Source: an uncultured delta proteobacterium
Lineage (GTDB): Bacteria > Desulfobacterota > Binatia > Binatales > Binataceae
Assembly (NCBI GenBank): GCA_963808235.1
Contig: CAWEEQ010000004.1
Coordinates: 2,880,001 to 2,944,000 of the forward strand
DNA: 64,000 bases
Direction: 5' to 3'
Shown here: positions 19,982-30,330 of the stretch, one piece after another
Layout of the letters: each line of letters begins with the position of its first letter
How positions within the stretch are numbered: position 1 is the stretch's first letter
Notes under the pieces: generated by a model
Told to the model about the DNA's origin: nothing
The model's database searches: none
What the model saw: only the letters and a program-made list of their open reading frames with translations
Translations under genes and position numbers: made by a program

Positions 19982-21010
19982 TCAGGAAGGTTTGCGGGCA
20001 ATGGTCGGCGTGTCGGTGCGTGGATGCGCTTTGAAGAAATCCCAGATTACGTCGGTGGCGTTGAGCGCGTTGCTCGGCTTGCCGACCCATTTTTCCGGCA
20101 GCCGATTCTCTCCGCCGGGCCAGACGTGGCCGAGTCCTTTGACAGTGTAGTAAATGACCTCGCCGCCCTTCGCGCACTGATCGTAAGCGATTTCATTGAC
20201 GCCGTTGCGCGCGAGAGCAGTGGTGACTTGCGGACCGCATCCGAGCATCCGTTCCCATTCCTTGAGCGAATCCGCGACCGGTGGATGATACTGGGTTACT
20301 TCCCACGGCAGTTTCACGACCCCGCCGGCGATCGGATTCAGCGGATCGTCGGTGCCGATAATAAACAGCAGCGGGACGGGATAAGCGAGTTGCTTTCCCG
20401 TGTACCAGAGATGGCCCGAGACCGGGGCGACCGCGGCGAAACGATTGGAGAGGTTCAGGCCGACGCTGAAGGTCATCGAGGCGCCGTTGGAGAATCCGGT
20501 GCAGTAGATCCGCGCTGGATCGGCGCTGTAGTGAGCCTCGAGGTAATCGATCATCGCGGAGATGAAACCGAGGTCGTCCACCTTCTGCACGCCAACCGAG
20601 CCGCGCCCCGAGCCATCGTTCCATAGCCGCGGGTTAATCAGGAATCGCGCCGGCAGCTTCGGATTCGGCGGCGTGCCGTCGGGAAAGACCGCGATGAAGC
20701 CCTCGCGATCCGCCTTCGCCTCCCATCCGGTTTCAGGAATCGTACCGGCTCCGCTGCCGCCCGCGCCGTGCAGCATGAAGACCACCGGCACCTTCGATTT
20801 GCCGTCGAAGGTTGGCGGCACGTGCACGATGAAGGTGCGCGCCATCTTGCTCGCGCCAATCCCGACTTCGAGCGACTCGTTGTGATCGCCGGGCGCCGCG
20901 ACCGGCTTGTAGTCCGGTGCGGGCGCTGTCGCCGCAAACGCGGCCAACGCCAGCATCGCCGTCGCGAGCGTCAATGAGGTGCCGAATCTGGAAATCCCGA
21001 ATCTGCGCAT
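19982..21010 (-). CDS. Secreted esterase, PHB depolymerase/LpqC family
   Basis: MLHGAGG, VFPDG, VDDLGFI, GFSNGA nucleophile elbow, GHVWPG. Confidence 0.9.
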   Translation of the reverse strand: MRRFGISRFGTSLTLATAMLALAAFAATAPAPDYKPVAAPGDHNESLEVGIGASKMARTFIVHVPPTFDGKSKVPVVFMLHGAGGSGAGTIPETGWEAKADREGFIAVFPDGTPPNPKLPARFLINPRLWNDGSGRGSVGVQKVDDLGFISAMIDYLEAHYSADPARIYCTGFSNGASMTFSVGLNLSNRFAAVAPVSGHLWYTGKQLAYPVPLLFIIGTDDPLNPIAGGVVKLPWEVTQYHPPVADSLKEWERMLGCGPQVTTALARNGVNEIAYDQCAKGGEVIYYTVKGLGHVWPGGENRLPEKWVGKPSNALNATDVIWDFFKAHPRTDTPTIARKPS

Positions 21011-21127
21011 CGATGCAAAGCCTCTATCCGCACCCGGATCCTTATACGCCGGGCGCGGCCGCGAGTTTCAGGGTGCGACCGCATTTTTGGTATTGATTGC
21101 GCAGCGAAGAGATGGCACCGGGCGGCC

Positions 21128-22903
21128 CTAATCGCTCTTCATCAGACCGGTCACGCCGGCGATCAGAATCGCGCTGAGCAGCCATCCGGAAAAGATTTGC
21201 AACCACAAGTAGTGGCGCACCAATGATCCGCCGAGGCGAAACTTGTGACCGAAGACCGTGCAGTCGCCAGCTGCCTTGGAATTGGGCCACCAATAGTGCT
21301 CCTGATGGAGATCCACGAAGGGCAGGAACGCGTCGAGCGAGTACAGCAACGGATGCAACTCCTCGTAGTCGGGCTCTGACGAATGTGGAATGTTCTCCGG
21401 GAAGGTCGGGCGCATCACACCGGCGCGCTTGGCCATCCACACGATCGGCCATCCGATCAGGATGACCAACAACGACCAGCCGATGGTCCGCAGGGGCCTG
21501 TGTCCGTAGCCGATAGTCGCGTTAAGAAAGTCGCCCCATAGAGCGCTTGCGCGGCCGTAGCTCGCGTAGCGCAGATCTTCCGAGGCGACTAGCACAGCAA
21601 TTGCGCCCTCTTCATCACCTTGCTCGCGCAGCACCTTTGCCAGCTGACGATAAGGTTGCGGGTGATATTCCGGTTGCAGCGCAAGCCAGCGCAAACGTGA
21701 CGACGCGTCGGCCACGCCAAGGTGCTCATAGGTGAACCCGTTGAGGCTCAATTTGCCAGGCGCCGGCCAGCTATGCGGATCGTCGAAAAAGTCGTCTACC
21801 GAGGCCCCGTCCAGGTTCAGGACAGCTCCATCTTCGAGCGCCACGTTCTGCCAGACGAGGATTTTCGTCGACATTCCCAGAGCATTGAAGCCATAGAACC
21901 CCCGAAAGGCACCAATGGTCTCCATATGCGGGCCCGAGAAATTCGCGTCTTGCACGAATACGGCGGCTCCGACGCGGGCCTCTGCGATGACAGCGCTTCC
22001 GTTCACGTGAATCTTTCCAAATAGCCCTCCGAAAAACATCTCGCTGGCCACAACGATACCCTGGGCAATGATCGCGTCATTGTCAGGGTTGTTGAATGTT
22101 CCGGAAAACACCACGCTGGTGCCGATAGTCGCTGTGATGAAGTCCACTGCGCCGTCGGCTTCGAATCCGTAACACAACCACACGTCGCCCCCGATTCGGG
22201 AGGATTCAAAGTCGAGCGCTTTTTTAAAAAACGCCGCTTCAGTTTCGTGTGGCTCGACCGTGGAGTGCGTAAAGTGGCCGCCTCGCGCACCAAGATCGCC
22301 ATCGATAATCGAATCGTTGAACCACACCTCGCCTGACGCGTGTACTGAATCGAGGATGAGATCGCCGTGAATCACCGCTGCTCGGCCATCGATCTCGCCG
22401 GTGTAGCAGCCCCCCAGGTCGAGGCGCGGGAACGATGCGTGTTCGAAGGTCATCCGCTCGCTGATCGAACAGTTTCGCAGCGTGAGCGCGAACGGGATCG
22501 CTACGTCAGCCAGGTAGAGCTTGCCGATGATTCGCGCGCCGAGCAGGAGGATGCCTTGCGGATCGATTAGCGCCTTGGCCCGAGGATCCACGCACAGCCA
22601 TCGGATGAGTTCGGCGCGGACTTCGCGCTCCATTCCCCACTTGTCGGCGTGGGCGGGATCATTGGACGGATCATCCGGCTTCGCGCTTGGTCCGGCGAGC
22701 GCGAATTCGCCCGGCCCCGACCTATACGAGCCGGCGAACTTCAGCAGCGCAGTTTCCGCGGGGGTGAGGTTCGAGAACTCGCCTTCGGCGAGGTTGAGCA
22801 GCTCGGGCGCGGGAGCGGCGGACGCGGCACGATCGGCGATGCTGGCAAGCATCGCGGCGAACAGCATCGTCGCGAAGATGGTCTTCGATTGTCCGAGTCT
22901 CAT
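21128..22903 (-). CDS. Hypothetical protein with a beta-helix-like repeat region and C-terminal membrane domain
   Basis: VRAELIRWL, repetitive beta motifs, PQPYRQLAKVLR, IGYGHRP, LYSLDAFLPFVDLHQEHYWWP. Confidence 0.8.
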   Translation of the reverse strand: MRLGQSKTIFATMLFAAMLASIADRAASAAPAPELLNLAEGEFSNLTPAETALLKFAGSYRSGPGEFALAGPSAKPDDPSNDPAHADKWGMEREVRAELIRWLCVDPRAKALIDPQGILLLGARIIGKLYLADVAIPFALTLRNCSISERMTFEHASFPRLDLGGCYTGEIDGRAAVIHGDLILDSVHASGEVWFNDSIIDGDLGARGGHFTHSTVEPHETEAAFFKKALDFESSRIGGDVWLCYGFEADGAVDFITATIGTSVVFSGTFNNPDNDAIIAQGIVVASEMFFGGLFGKIHVNGSAVIAEARVGAAVFVQDANFSGPHMETIGAFRGFYGFNALGMSTKILVWQNVALEDGAVLNLDGASVDDFFDDPHSWPAPGKLSLNGFTYEHLGVADASSRLRWLALQPEYHPQPYRQLAKVLREQGDEEGAIAVLVASEDLRYASYGRASALWGDFLNATIGYGHRPLRTIGWSLLVILIGWPIVWMAKRAGVMRPTFPENIPHSSEPDYEELHPLLYSLDAFLPFVDLHQEHYWWPNSKAAGDCTVFGHKFRLGGSLVRHYLWLQIFSGWLLSAILIAGVTGLMKSD

Positions 22904-23007
22904 AGTTGTCGTTATTGACGCGATTGCAATTTGTACCCCAACCGCTTCAAGGTGCAACCGCATTTTGGTTTTGGTAGCGTGACGGTCGAACGGCGGAGGG
23001 AACGACG

Positions 23008-23928
23008 TTGCGCATTGCATTGCTGGGACAGGCTGCTTTTGGAGTCAAAGCGCTCGAGGCGCTGATCGATCATTCGGACGAGATCGTGCACGTATTCGCG
23101 CCGCCCGATCCTCGCGAAGGCATGATTGACCCGCTCGCCGCGAAGGCGCGCGAGCTCGACCTCCCGCTCAGCCAGCCGAAATCGTTCAAGAACGATGCGG
23201 CGTACGAGCACTTTCGGGTGCTCGGCGCGGATCTCGCGATCCTCGCGTTCGTGACGCTGATCGTACCCGAGCGGATTCTGTACGCGCCTCGCTACAAATC
23301 GATCTGCTTTCATCCGTCGCTGTTGCCGCGGCATCGCGGGGCGAGCGGAATCAACTGGACGATCATCCAGGGCGATGCGGAAACGGGAGTGACCTGGTTC
23401 TGGCCGGACGCGGGAATCGATACCGGCCCGATCGTCGTTCAGAAACGCGTGCCGGTTGCGGAGAACGACACGGTCGGCTCGATCTACTTCAACACGCTTT
23501 TCCCGATGGGAATCGATGCGATGATCGAGGCGGTCGATTTGATCAAGAAGGGTAATCCGCCGGCGCTAGTTCAGGACGAGAGCATAGCGACCTATGAGCC
23601 GCCGTGCCGCGACGAACACGCGAAGATCGATTTTGCCAGGCCGGCGCGCGAGGTCTTCAATTTGATTCGCGGATGCGATCCGCAACCGGGAGCGTTTGCG
23701 GCACTCGGCGAGAAGCGAATCCGTCTCTACGAGGCCTCTTTCGGGCGCGAAAGCGGCACCAGCAAAGCAGGAACAATCGTCGCGATCGATTACGACGGGA
23801 TGAAGATCGCGCTAGGCGGCGGCACGATCAACGTGAAGCGCGCGCGAATCGATCCGAATCCGAAGAAAGCGGCGCCGGAACAACTGGCGGCATCGGGAGA
23901 GATCACGGTTGGCGCTCAGTTGACGTAA
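23008..23928 (+). CDS. Formyltransferase family protein (Fmt / 10-formyl-THF hydrolase-like)
   Basis: FHPSLLPRHRGASGINW, DAGIDTGPI, FNLIRGCDPQPGA. Confidence 0.85.
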   Translation: MRIALLGQAAFGVKALEALIDHSDEIVHVFAPPDPREGMIDPLAAKARELDLPLSQPKSFKNDAAYEHFRVLGADLAILAFVTLIVPERILYAPRYKSICFHPSLLPRHRGASGINWTIIQGDAETGVTWFWPDAGIDTGPIVVQKRVPVAENDTVGSIYFNTLFPMGIDAMIEAVDLIKKGNPPALVQDESIATYEPPCRDEHAKIDFARPAREVFNLIRGCDPQPGAFAALGEKRIRLYEASFGRESGTSKAGTIVAIDYDGMKIALGGGTINVKRARIDPNPKKAAPEQLAASGEITVGAQLT

Positions 23929-23965
23929 AAGAATTCACCACGCCGGTGCGCGGTACCACGATCCA

Positions 23966-24493
23966 CTACACATCGCGTTCGAGGTGAATATCTTCCGGCT
24001 CCAGTTCCACTAGTTCTGGATCCGGCGGGACAGCAAGGGTGCAGCCTAACTTCAGGTAAAAGTTGACCGTGTTTTCTGAGGGAGTCGCCGAGATGTACAG
24101 TCTTTTTGCTCCTCTCGCGTGCGCGGTAGAGCTGGCGAGTTCGAATAGCTTCGCGCCCAAGCCATTGTTCCGATAGGCGCGACTCACGTGAAGGAACTTG
24201 AGTTGGAGCTGATCCTTGCGCTTGCCGATAAACTTGCTTTCCAGCACTGCCGCTCCGATAAGGGCCGCGTCATCGAATGCCCCATAGAACCATCCGCCGC
24301 GATCAAAGCAATCAAGCAGAATCGGCGTGTACTTCTCGGTTTCCCCGGGTGGCCATCCAGGGACATCGATATGATGTGGGCGAAGCACCAAAGTTCCGTT
24401 CTCGAGGCTATAAAGGTTATCCATCACTTCGCTGCGGTCGATATTCCAGACCTGCGCGATTTCCGAGCGGCGTAATTCCCTCTCGCTGATCAT
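23966..24493 (-). CDS. GNAT family acetyltransferase
   Basis: LHVSRAYRNNGLGAKL, LYISATPSENTVNFY. Confidence 0.88.
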   Translation of the reverse strand: MISERELRRSEIAQVWNIDRSEVMDNLYSLENGTLVLRPHHIDVPGWPPGETEKYTPILLDCFDRGGWFYGAFDDAALIGAAVLESKFIGKRKDQLQLKFLHVSRAYRNNGLGAKLFELASSTAHARGAKRLYISATPSENTVNFYLKLGCTLAVPPDPELVELEPEDIHLERDV

Positions 24494-24514
24494 TGCCGAG
24501 CTCCTGAGCACCCC

Positions 24515-25210
24515 TCATAACTTGTCATTCAGAGCAGCTTTGGGCTCCCGGCGGAACGTCCAAAAGCGCAAGCCGCTCACTGGCTCGACGTCCTCGACCA
24601 GAATTCTGAAACCCTGGCTGCGATAAAACGCAACATTTCGCGGTTGCGCCGTGTCGAGATAGCAGGACAACCGAGCCGAGTCCGCAGCCGCCAGGATGGG
24701 CTTCATTAGCGCGCTACCAATACCCTTTCCCTGAAGTGCCGGATCAACTCCGATAATTGGCAAATACCAATGCGGTGCCTGCATATCGCGCTCGTGCAAC
24801 GCGGCCAGGAGATTCAGCAACTGCCTGGAACGCGCGAAGGCGGTCGCGCCAAAAGTCTCCGGCAGGCGGTCAAACCCAAAATCTCTCTCCTGGTCGACAC
24901 TGATGTGCTGAACACCAGGCGGCATCCACAGCGCGACGCCGGAAAGCCTGCCTTGCGTTCCATAGGGTTCACCAACAGCAAAACAGTGCCCTACAATACA
25001 TCGGAAACTCTCTCTGAGGAGACGCATTCTCTCCCCGGGATCTGGAGCGAAGTAGATCCAAGGCGGATCGCCATGAAAAGCTCTCGATAGAAGTTCGACG
25101 GCTTCATCACACTGTGAACGCTGGAGTTTGGCCACCTCAACCGGCGAATTCTTTTCCATTCCTCCGAGAGTAGTTGGTTGTCGGTCAGCGAAGAATAGAC
25201 GCTCATTCAC
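24515..25210 (-). CDS. GNAT family acetyltransferase
   Basis: HWYLPIIGVDPALQGKGIGSAL, RNVAFYRSQGF. Start may be 25160. Confidence 0.85.
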   Translation of the reverse strand: MNERLFFADRQPTTLGGMEKNSPVEVAKLQRSQCDEAVELLSRAFHGDPPWIYFAPDPGERMRLLRESFRCIVGHCFAVGEPYGTQGRLSGVALWMPPGVQHISVDQERDFGFDRLPETFGATAFARSRQLLNLLAALHERDMQAPHWYLPIIGVDPALQGKGIGSALMKPILAAADSARLSCYLDTAQPRNVAFYRSQGFRILVEDVEPVSGLRFWTFRREPKAALNDKL

Positions 25211-25323
25211 GCCTCGTGACGATCCGGGAGTCCTGCGAACGAGCAGACGCGTTCGATCTGCGCCGCTGTTCGATCGGAGGCGTTTGCGCTACGATCCCTG
25301 GCGATCTCAGAGGTTTGAACCAG

Positions 25324-26328
25324 ATGCGACTCTGCATCGGAACGGCAAAAGGAATCGTGATTCTCGATCCTGCGCGCGGCGCGACTCCGCTGATGGTGCT
25401 CGCGGATCCGTCGGCGGTCTGGTGCATGACGCAGGATGCCGCCGATCCCAATCTGATCTACGCCGGATCGACGGAGCATACGCGCGGCAAGGGAACGCTT
25501 GCGCGCTCGACCGACGGCGGGCGGACGTGGACGGACATTTCGCCGCCGCTCGCGCGCGAGGAGGAAGTCTGGTCGATTGCGGCTTCTCCGGCGGTGAAAG
25601 ACTGCGTTTACATCGGGACCTCGCACGCGCGGCTTTTTCGCAGCGAGGATCGCGGGCGCATCTTCAAGGAATGCGCCGGCTTCCTGAAGATACCGGGCCG
25701 CGACCGATGGTCGTTTCCGCCGCCGCCGCATATCCCGCACGTGCGCTCGATTGCTTTCGATCCGCATGAGCCGTCCACGATGTACGTCGGCGTCGAAGAG
25801 GGCGGCGTCTTCCGCTCGCGCGACAACGGCTCCAGCTTCGAGACACTCAACGACGGAATCTACACGGACATCCATACGGTGGCAGTCGATCCGCGCGATT
25901 CGCGCCGCCTGTACGCGACCACTGGCGACGGCTTTTATCTCTCCTTCAATGCCGGCAAATCGTGGGAGCCGGTTACGCATGGGATCACGCGCAGATACAC
26001 CGTGCCGCTACTGGTGAGCGCGCCCGACAGCGAGAAAATTTTCACCGCGGCCGCGATGGGTCCGCCGCCGACCTGGCGCACGGGTCCGACCGGGCCCGAC
26101 GCGATGCTGTTCCGCAGCGACGATCGCGGCGAAAGCTTCACCGCGATTTCCGACGAGCAGGTATTCGGACGCGGGATGCCGATGCGGCTGAAACCCGATC
26201 CGCAAAACGGGGGCTTCTTCGCCGTATGCAACGACGGCAACGTGCTGCGAGGATCCGCAAACGGAATGTCGCTCGAAACGATCGCGGAAAAGCTGCCAGC
26301 CGCCTACGACCTCGCGGCGATCCCATGA
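25324..26328 (+). CDS. BNR/Asp-box repeat beta-propeller protein
   Basis: Repeated RSTDGGRTW, RSEDRG, RSRDNG, SFNAGKSW, RSDDRG. Confidence 0.85.
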   Translation: MRLCIGTAKGIVILDPARGATPLMVLADPSAVWCMTQDAADPNLIYAGSTEHTRGKGTLARSTDGGRTWTDISPPLAREEEVWSIAASPAVKDCVYIGTSHARLFRSEDRGRIFKECAGFLKIPGRDRWSFPPPPHIPHVRSIAFDPHEPSTMYVGVEEGGVFRSRDNGSSFETLNDGIYTDIHTVAVDPRDSRRLYATTGDGFYLSFNAGKSWEPVTHGITRRYTVPLLVSAPDSEKIFTAAAMGPPPTWRTGPTGPDAMLFRSDDRGESFTAISDEQVFGRGMPMRLKPDPQNGGFFAVCNDGNVLRGSANGMSLETIAEKLPAAYDLAAIP

Positions 26329-26359
26329 GTTCATCGCAACCGGTTACGCCTAGTTAGCC

Positions 26360-26758
26360 ATGTTAGACGCGTTCGGATTGCTTGGCGCGGGATCCGGAAT
26401 CGCAATCGCAATCTATTTATTCTCGTCGATCCGCAGGCGCACCGTTCGCGTGTCGGATCCGGCCGCATCGATCCGATTGCCGAACCGAGTCGATCTCGAG
26501 CAACTGCTTTCCCAGGTTGTCGTGGTTGAGTGGGGCGCGCTCGCGATGTTTGTACTCTCGGAGCTGCTTCCCGGAGAATTGAAAACCTGGCTGAAGCTCA
26601 TGTCCGTGTCATGCGGCGCAGCAACCGCGATACTCTACCTGCACTGCGTGATGCAGCTTCGGCGCCTGGGCGTGATGAATTCGCAGCATCCAGCGGAGCC
26701 GCCTCGCGGCGGCGCGCGCCGCGGGCGTCTACGCGGCAGAATTCGCGCACGCGATTGA
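26360..26758 (+). CDS. Hypothetical membrane protein
   Basis: Three hydrophobic segments; fills the gap between convergent genes. Confidence 0.5.
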   Translation: MLDAFGLLGAGSGIAIAIYLFSSIRRRTVRVSDPAASIRLPNRVDLEQLLSQVVVVEWGALAMFVLSELLPGELKTWLKLMSVSCGAATAILYLHCVMQLRRLGVMNSQHPAEPPRGGARRGRLRGRIRARD

Positions 26759-26836
26759 GCGTGCAGATTCAAACATCCCGTCTAATCCACCAGCTCCGTC
26801 TCATTCGCATCCCGGTTGAGCGCGTGACCGGGATGC

Positions 26837-29254
26837 TCACTCGATGCCCTGGTCGGCGATCGCAGCACCGCGGTCTTCCTCTTTCCCGACCTCTGCGGGC
26901 GGCGGCGTCACGGCGATGGTCACCTTATCGATCGTGCCGGTGAATTTGTTGTCGCCTTCCTTGTAGTCCTCGGTCACAGGTGTTTCGAGGTCTTCGCCGA
27001 TGTCCTCACCTTCTCCGGAAAAGACGTACGGTTGGGTCTTTTCGATCCGTCCCTCCCCAACCTTTTGATCGTTGACGTAAAGGGTTGCGGTGCCGCCTTT
27101 GCCGACGCCGCCCCCGTCGTATTTGAATTCGAGTTTTACGATTGCCTTGCCGGGTGGAATCGGATCCTTCGACTCGATTGTGTAGCGCTCCTGGTTCAGC
27201 CAGTTGTAACAGTACTTGAGCTCTCCGCCCTTCATGTAGAGGGTCCAGCCGCCAAAGCGTCCGCCCTGCGCGACGATCACTCCCTCGCCGCCGCTCTGCG
27301 GCACTTCAACCGCCGCGATAATGGTATGCGAGCGATTCTTAACGTCGAGCGTCGCGTTTTCCATCATCCCGCTCATCCCTGGATAGAGCGTCACCGAAGT
27401 GCGACCCCACATCAGCGACGGACGGCCGGCCAGCGTTGGCACGAAACGTTCGACGCGCCGATCATCCAGCGGCAAGACGTTGTACTTTTCCCCTTCGGCG
27501 AGAAAGAGACTCTGCAGCTCCTTGAGCTTGTCGGGAAATTTCGCGGCGAGGTCCTGCGCCTGACTGAAGTCGTCGTTGGTGTTGTAGAGCTCCCACTTGT
27601 CTGCGCTGAACTTGGGCGGTGTCCCTGCAACGTCCCATGGAATGCTATGCTGGGTCACCGCGGTCCAGCCGTCGTGATAGATCCCGCGATTGCCAAACAT
27701 CTCAAAGTATTGAGTGGTATGGGTTGTCGGCGCTTTAGCATCGGCAAAGGAGTAGACCATGCTCACCCCTTCCATGGGTTTCTGCTTGATGCCGTCGACG
27801 GTTTTCGGCTGGGGGAGTTTTGCCGCGGCAAGGATAGTCGGCGTGACGTCGATGACATGATGCCACTGCGTGCGGATACCTCCGGCCTCCTTGATGACCG
27901 CAGGCCACACGATCACCATTCCGTTGCGCGTGCCACCGTAGTGTGACGCGACCTGCTTGGTCCATTGAAACGGAGTGTCACCCGCAAGCGCCCATCCGAC
28001 CGGAATGTGCGGGAAACTGTTGGGCCCGCCGATGTCGTCCAGATGGGCAAGGATGTTTGCGGTCGTATCCGGCACTCCGTTGAACGCGGTCATTTCGTTG
28101 AGCGTCCCGGCCAAGCCGCCCTCGGCGCTCATGCCGTTGTCGCCGGCGATGTACACGATCAAGGTGTTGTCGGAGACGCCGGCCTCTTTGAGTGCATCGA
28201 ACAGCCGGCCGATTTCATGATCGCAATACTCGCCGAATCCCGCGTAGTTCTCCATCAAGCGTTCGGCCGCGGTCTTGTCGTCGGCGCTCAGATCGTTCCA
28301 GTGCTTGACGCTCGGGGGCCAGGGCGCGAGCCGAGTGTTCTGCGGGACCAATCCCAACTGCTTCTGACGCGCCAGGGTGTCCTCGCGGTACTTGTCCCAG
28401 CCTTCGTCGAATTTGCCCTTGTACTTATCGATCCATTCTTTCGGAGTATGGTGCGGCGCGTGCAGTGCTCCAGGTGCGAAGTACATGAAGAACGGCTTGT
28501 CCGGCGTCATGGTGTGCTGGAAGCGCATCCAGGCGATCGCCTGGTCGGTCATGTCGGTCATGAAGTTGTAGCCGGGTGTGTGCGGAGGCTCGATACGCGT
28601 CGTACCTTCGAAGACCATCGGCGCCCACTGGTTCGTCTCACCTCCCAGAAACCCGTAGAACTTTTCGAAGCCTTCTCCGACCGGCCAGCGCGTAAACGGT
28701 CCCGAGGCGCTTATTTCCCAGGCCGGGGTCTGATGCATTTTCCCGAACGCGGCGGTGTTGTAGCCGTTCAACTTCATAATTTCGGCAACAGTTGCGACCT
28801 GATTCGGACGGATGGAATTGTATCCCGGCGCGCTGGTCGCCAATTCGGTAATCGCGCCCATCCCGATTGAATGATGGTTGTGGCCGGTCAGCAACGCCTC
28901 GCGGGTCGGCGAGCAGAGCGCGGCTGTATGAAACTGGGTATAGCGCAAGCCCTCCTTCGCGAGCGCATCCAACCTGGGCATGTTGACGCCGCCACCGAAG
29001 GTGCTCGGCGCACCGAAACCGATATCATCGAGCAGGATTACGACCACGTTGGGAGCGCCCTCGGGCGGCCGGAGCGGCTTGATCGGCGGAAACTCTGCGT
29101 CGCGCGCGTCGAGCGGAACTTTGCCGGGATACTTGTACTGCGTATCTGGAATCGGCAACTGCGTGCGATCGATTTGTTGCGCGTTTGCAGGAATCACCCT
29201 CGCCGCGCCTGCCAGACACAGGGCAACTCCAAGAACCATCGCCAGGTTTCTCAT
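26837..29254 (-). CDS. Secreted arylsulfatase with a C-terminal LamG-like domain
   Basis: PNVVVILLDDIGFG, formylglycine motif CSPTR, FGKMH, GDNG, WELY; start at ATG 29254 after AAGGAG. Confidence 0.95.
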   Translation of the reverse strand: MRNLAMVLGVALCLAGAARVIPANAQQIDRTQLPIPDTQYKYPGKVPLDARDAEFPPIKPLRPPEGAPNVVVILLDDIGFGAPSTFGGGVNMPRLDALAKEGLRYTQFHTAALCSPTREALLTGHNHHSIGMGAITELATSAPGYNSIRPNQVATVAEIMKLNGYNTAAFGKMHQTPAWEISASGPFTRWPVGEGFEKFYGFLGGETNQWAPMVFEGTTRIEPPHTPGYNFMTDMTDQAIAWMRFQHTMTPDKPFFMYFAPGALHAPHHTPKEWIDKYKGKFDEGWDKYREDTLARQKQLGLVPQNTRLAPWPPSVKHWNDLSADDKTAAERLMENYAGFGEYCDHEIGRLFDALKEAGVSDNTLIVYIAGDNGMSAEGGLAGTLNEMTAFNGVPDTTANILAHLDDIGGPNSFPHIPVGWALAGDTPFQWTKQVASHYGGTRNGMVIVWPAVIKEAGGIRTQWHHVIDVTPTILAAAKLPQPKTVDGIKQKPMEGVSMVYSFADAKAPTTHTTQYFEMFGNRGIYHDGWTAVTQHSIPWDVAGTPPKFSADKWELYNTNDDFSQAQDLAAKFPDKLKELQSLFLAEGEKYNVLPLDDRRVERFVPTLAGRPSLMWGRTSVTLYPGMSGMMENATLDVKNRSHTIIAAVEVPQSGGEGVIVAQGGRFGGWTLYMKGGELKYCYNWLNQERYTIESKDPIPPGKAIVKLEFKYDGGGVGKGGTATLYVNDQKVGEGRIEKTQPYVFSGEGEDIGEDLETPVTEDYKEGDNKFTGTIDKVTIAVTPPPAEVGKEEDRGAAIADQGIE

Positions 29255-29405
29255 CTTCGTAACTCGCTCCTTCAAGGACGTTCGCACACGGTTGAGTTGC
29301 CAGTCTGCGACACTTTCAGGCGGGCGGCTATTGTACGAAGGTACAATACTTTTCGGGACAACCAATCATCCAAACGTCTCTTGCAAGGGTCTCTTGCCCG
29401 ACGCT

Positions 29406-30215
29406 TTATCTAAGCTCGGTGGGGGTTTGGCCGGCCATCACTCGCTTCGCCATTATTGCCGCGGTCGAGCGCGGGACCAGGCGGATTGCGTTGGCGCGCG
29501 CCCAGTTGAACCATCCGGAGATCACGCTCGGATGCTTGCCGAGTGCGTCGAGCGCGACCTGCACCACGTCGGCGGCCGGCTCGCCATGATCGGGCCCGAC
29601 ACTCTCGCCGGCGACCGCCTGGAACTCGGTTTGCGTCGGCCCGGGCTCGATCACCAGCGCGTCGACGCCAGTGCCGCGCAACTCGCCCCATAGACCCTCG
29701 CCGAACAGGAGATCGAAGCCCTTGGTCGCACTGTATACCGCGCGCAGCGGCAGCGGCTGGCGTCCGGCCACTGAGCCGACCACGATCACGGCGCCGTGTC
29801 CGCGCTGAATCATTCCGGGCAGGATGCGGCTGGTCAGCACCACCGGCGCCAGGCAATTGACGATGACCATCGCGCGCAGCCGGTCAGTCGGAAGCTTGTC
29901 GAAGCGGCCCGCCAATCCAAAGCCGGCGTTATTGACCAGGAACGCGATCGGAAGATCCGCAACCGCGTCGGCAAGGTGATCGGCGCCGTCGGGCGTGGCG
30001 AGATCGGCGGCGACGACTCTCGTATCGACGTGAAATTCATTGCGGAGCTCAGTCGCGAGAGTGTTCAAGCGATCTTCGCGGCGCGCGGTCAGCACCACCG
30101 ACATCCCTTCGCGCGCGAGTGCTCGCGCAAACTCAAGTCCGATTCCCGCCGACGCTCCCGTCACGAGAGCCCACTCGCCATACTGCTCACGATATTTGCG
30201 TTGATTGGCTGCCAT
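29406..30215 (-). CDS. Short-chain dehydrogenase/reductase
   Basis: TGASAGIG, NNAG, YSATK. Confidence 0.93.
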   Translation of the reverse strand: MAANQRKYREQYGEWALVTGASAGIGLEFARALAREGMSVVLTARREDRLNTLATELRNEFHVDTRVVAADLATPDGADHLADAVADLPIAFLVNNAGFGLAGRFDKLPTDRLRAMVIVNCLAPVVLTSRILPGMIQRGHGAVIVVGSVAGRQPLPLRAVYSATKGFDLLFGEGLWGELRGTGVDALVIEPGPTQTEFQAVAGESVGPDHGEPAADVVQVALDALGKHPSVISGWFNWARANAIRLVPRSTAAIMAKRVMAGQTPTELR

Positions 30216-30330
30216 AGAATCCTCCGGGTCCGTGAGACCGATATCAGTATCGCCGGATCATAACTACATCTAGAATCTAGCCGCTCGCCGGGGAAGAGAG
30301 GCGCGCTGCACATTAAGCAGGAGCAAATAG

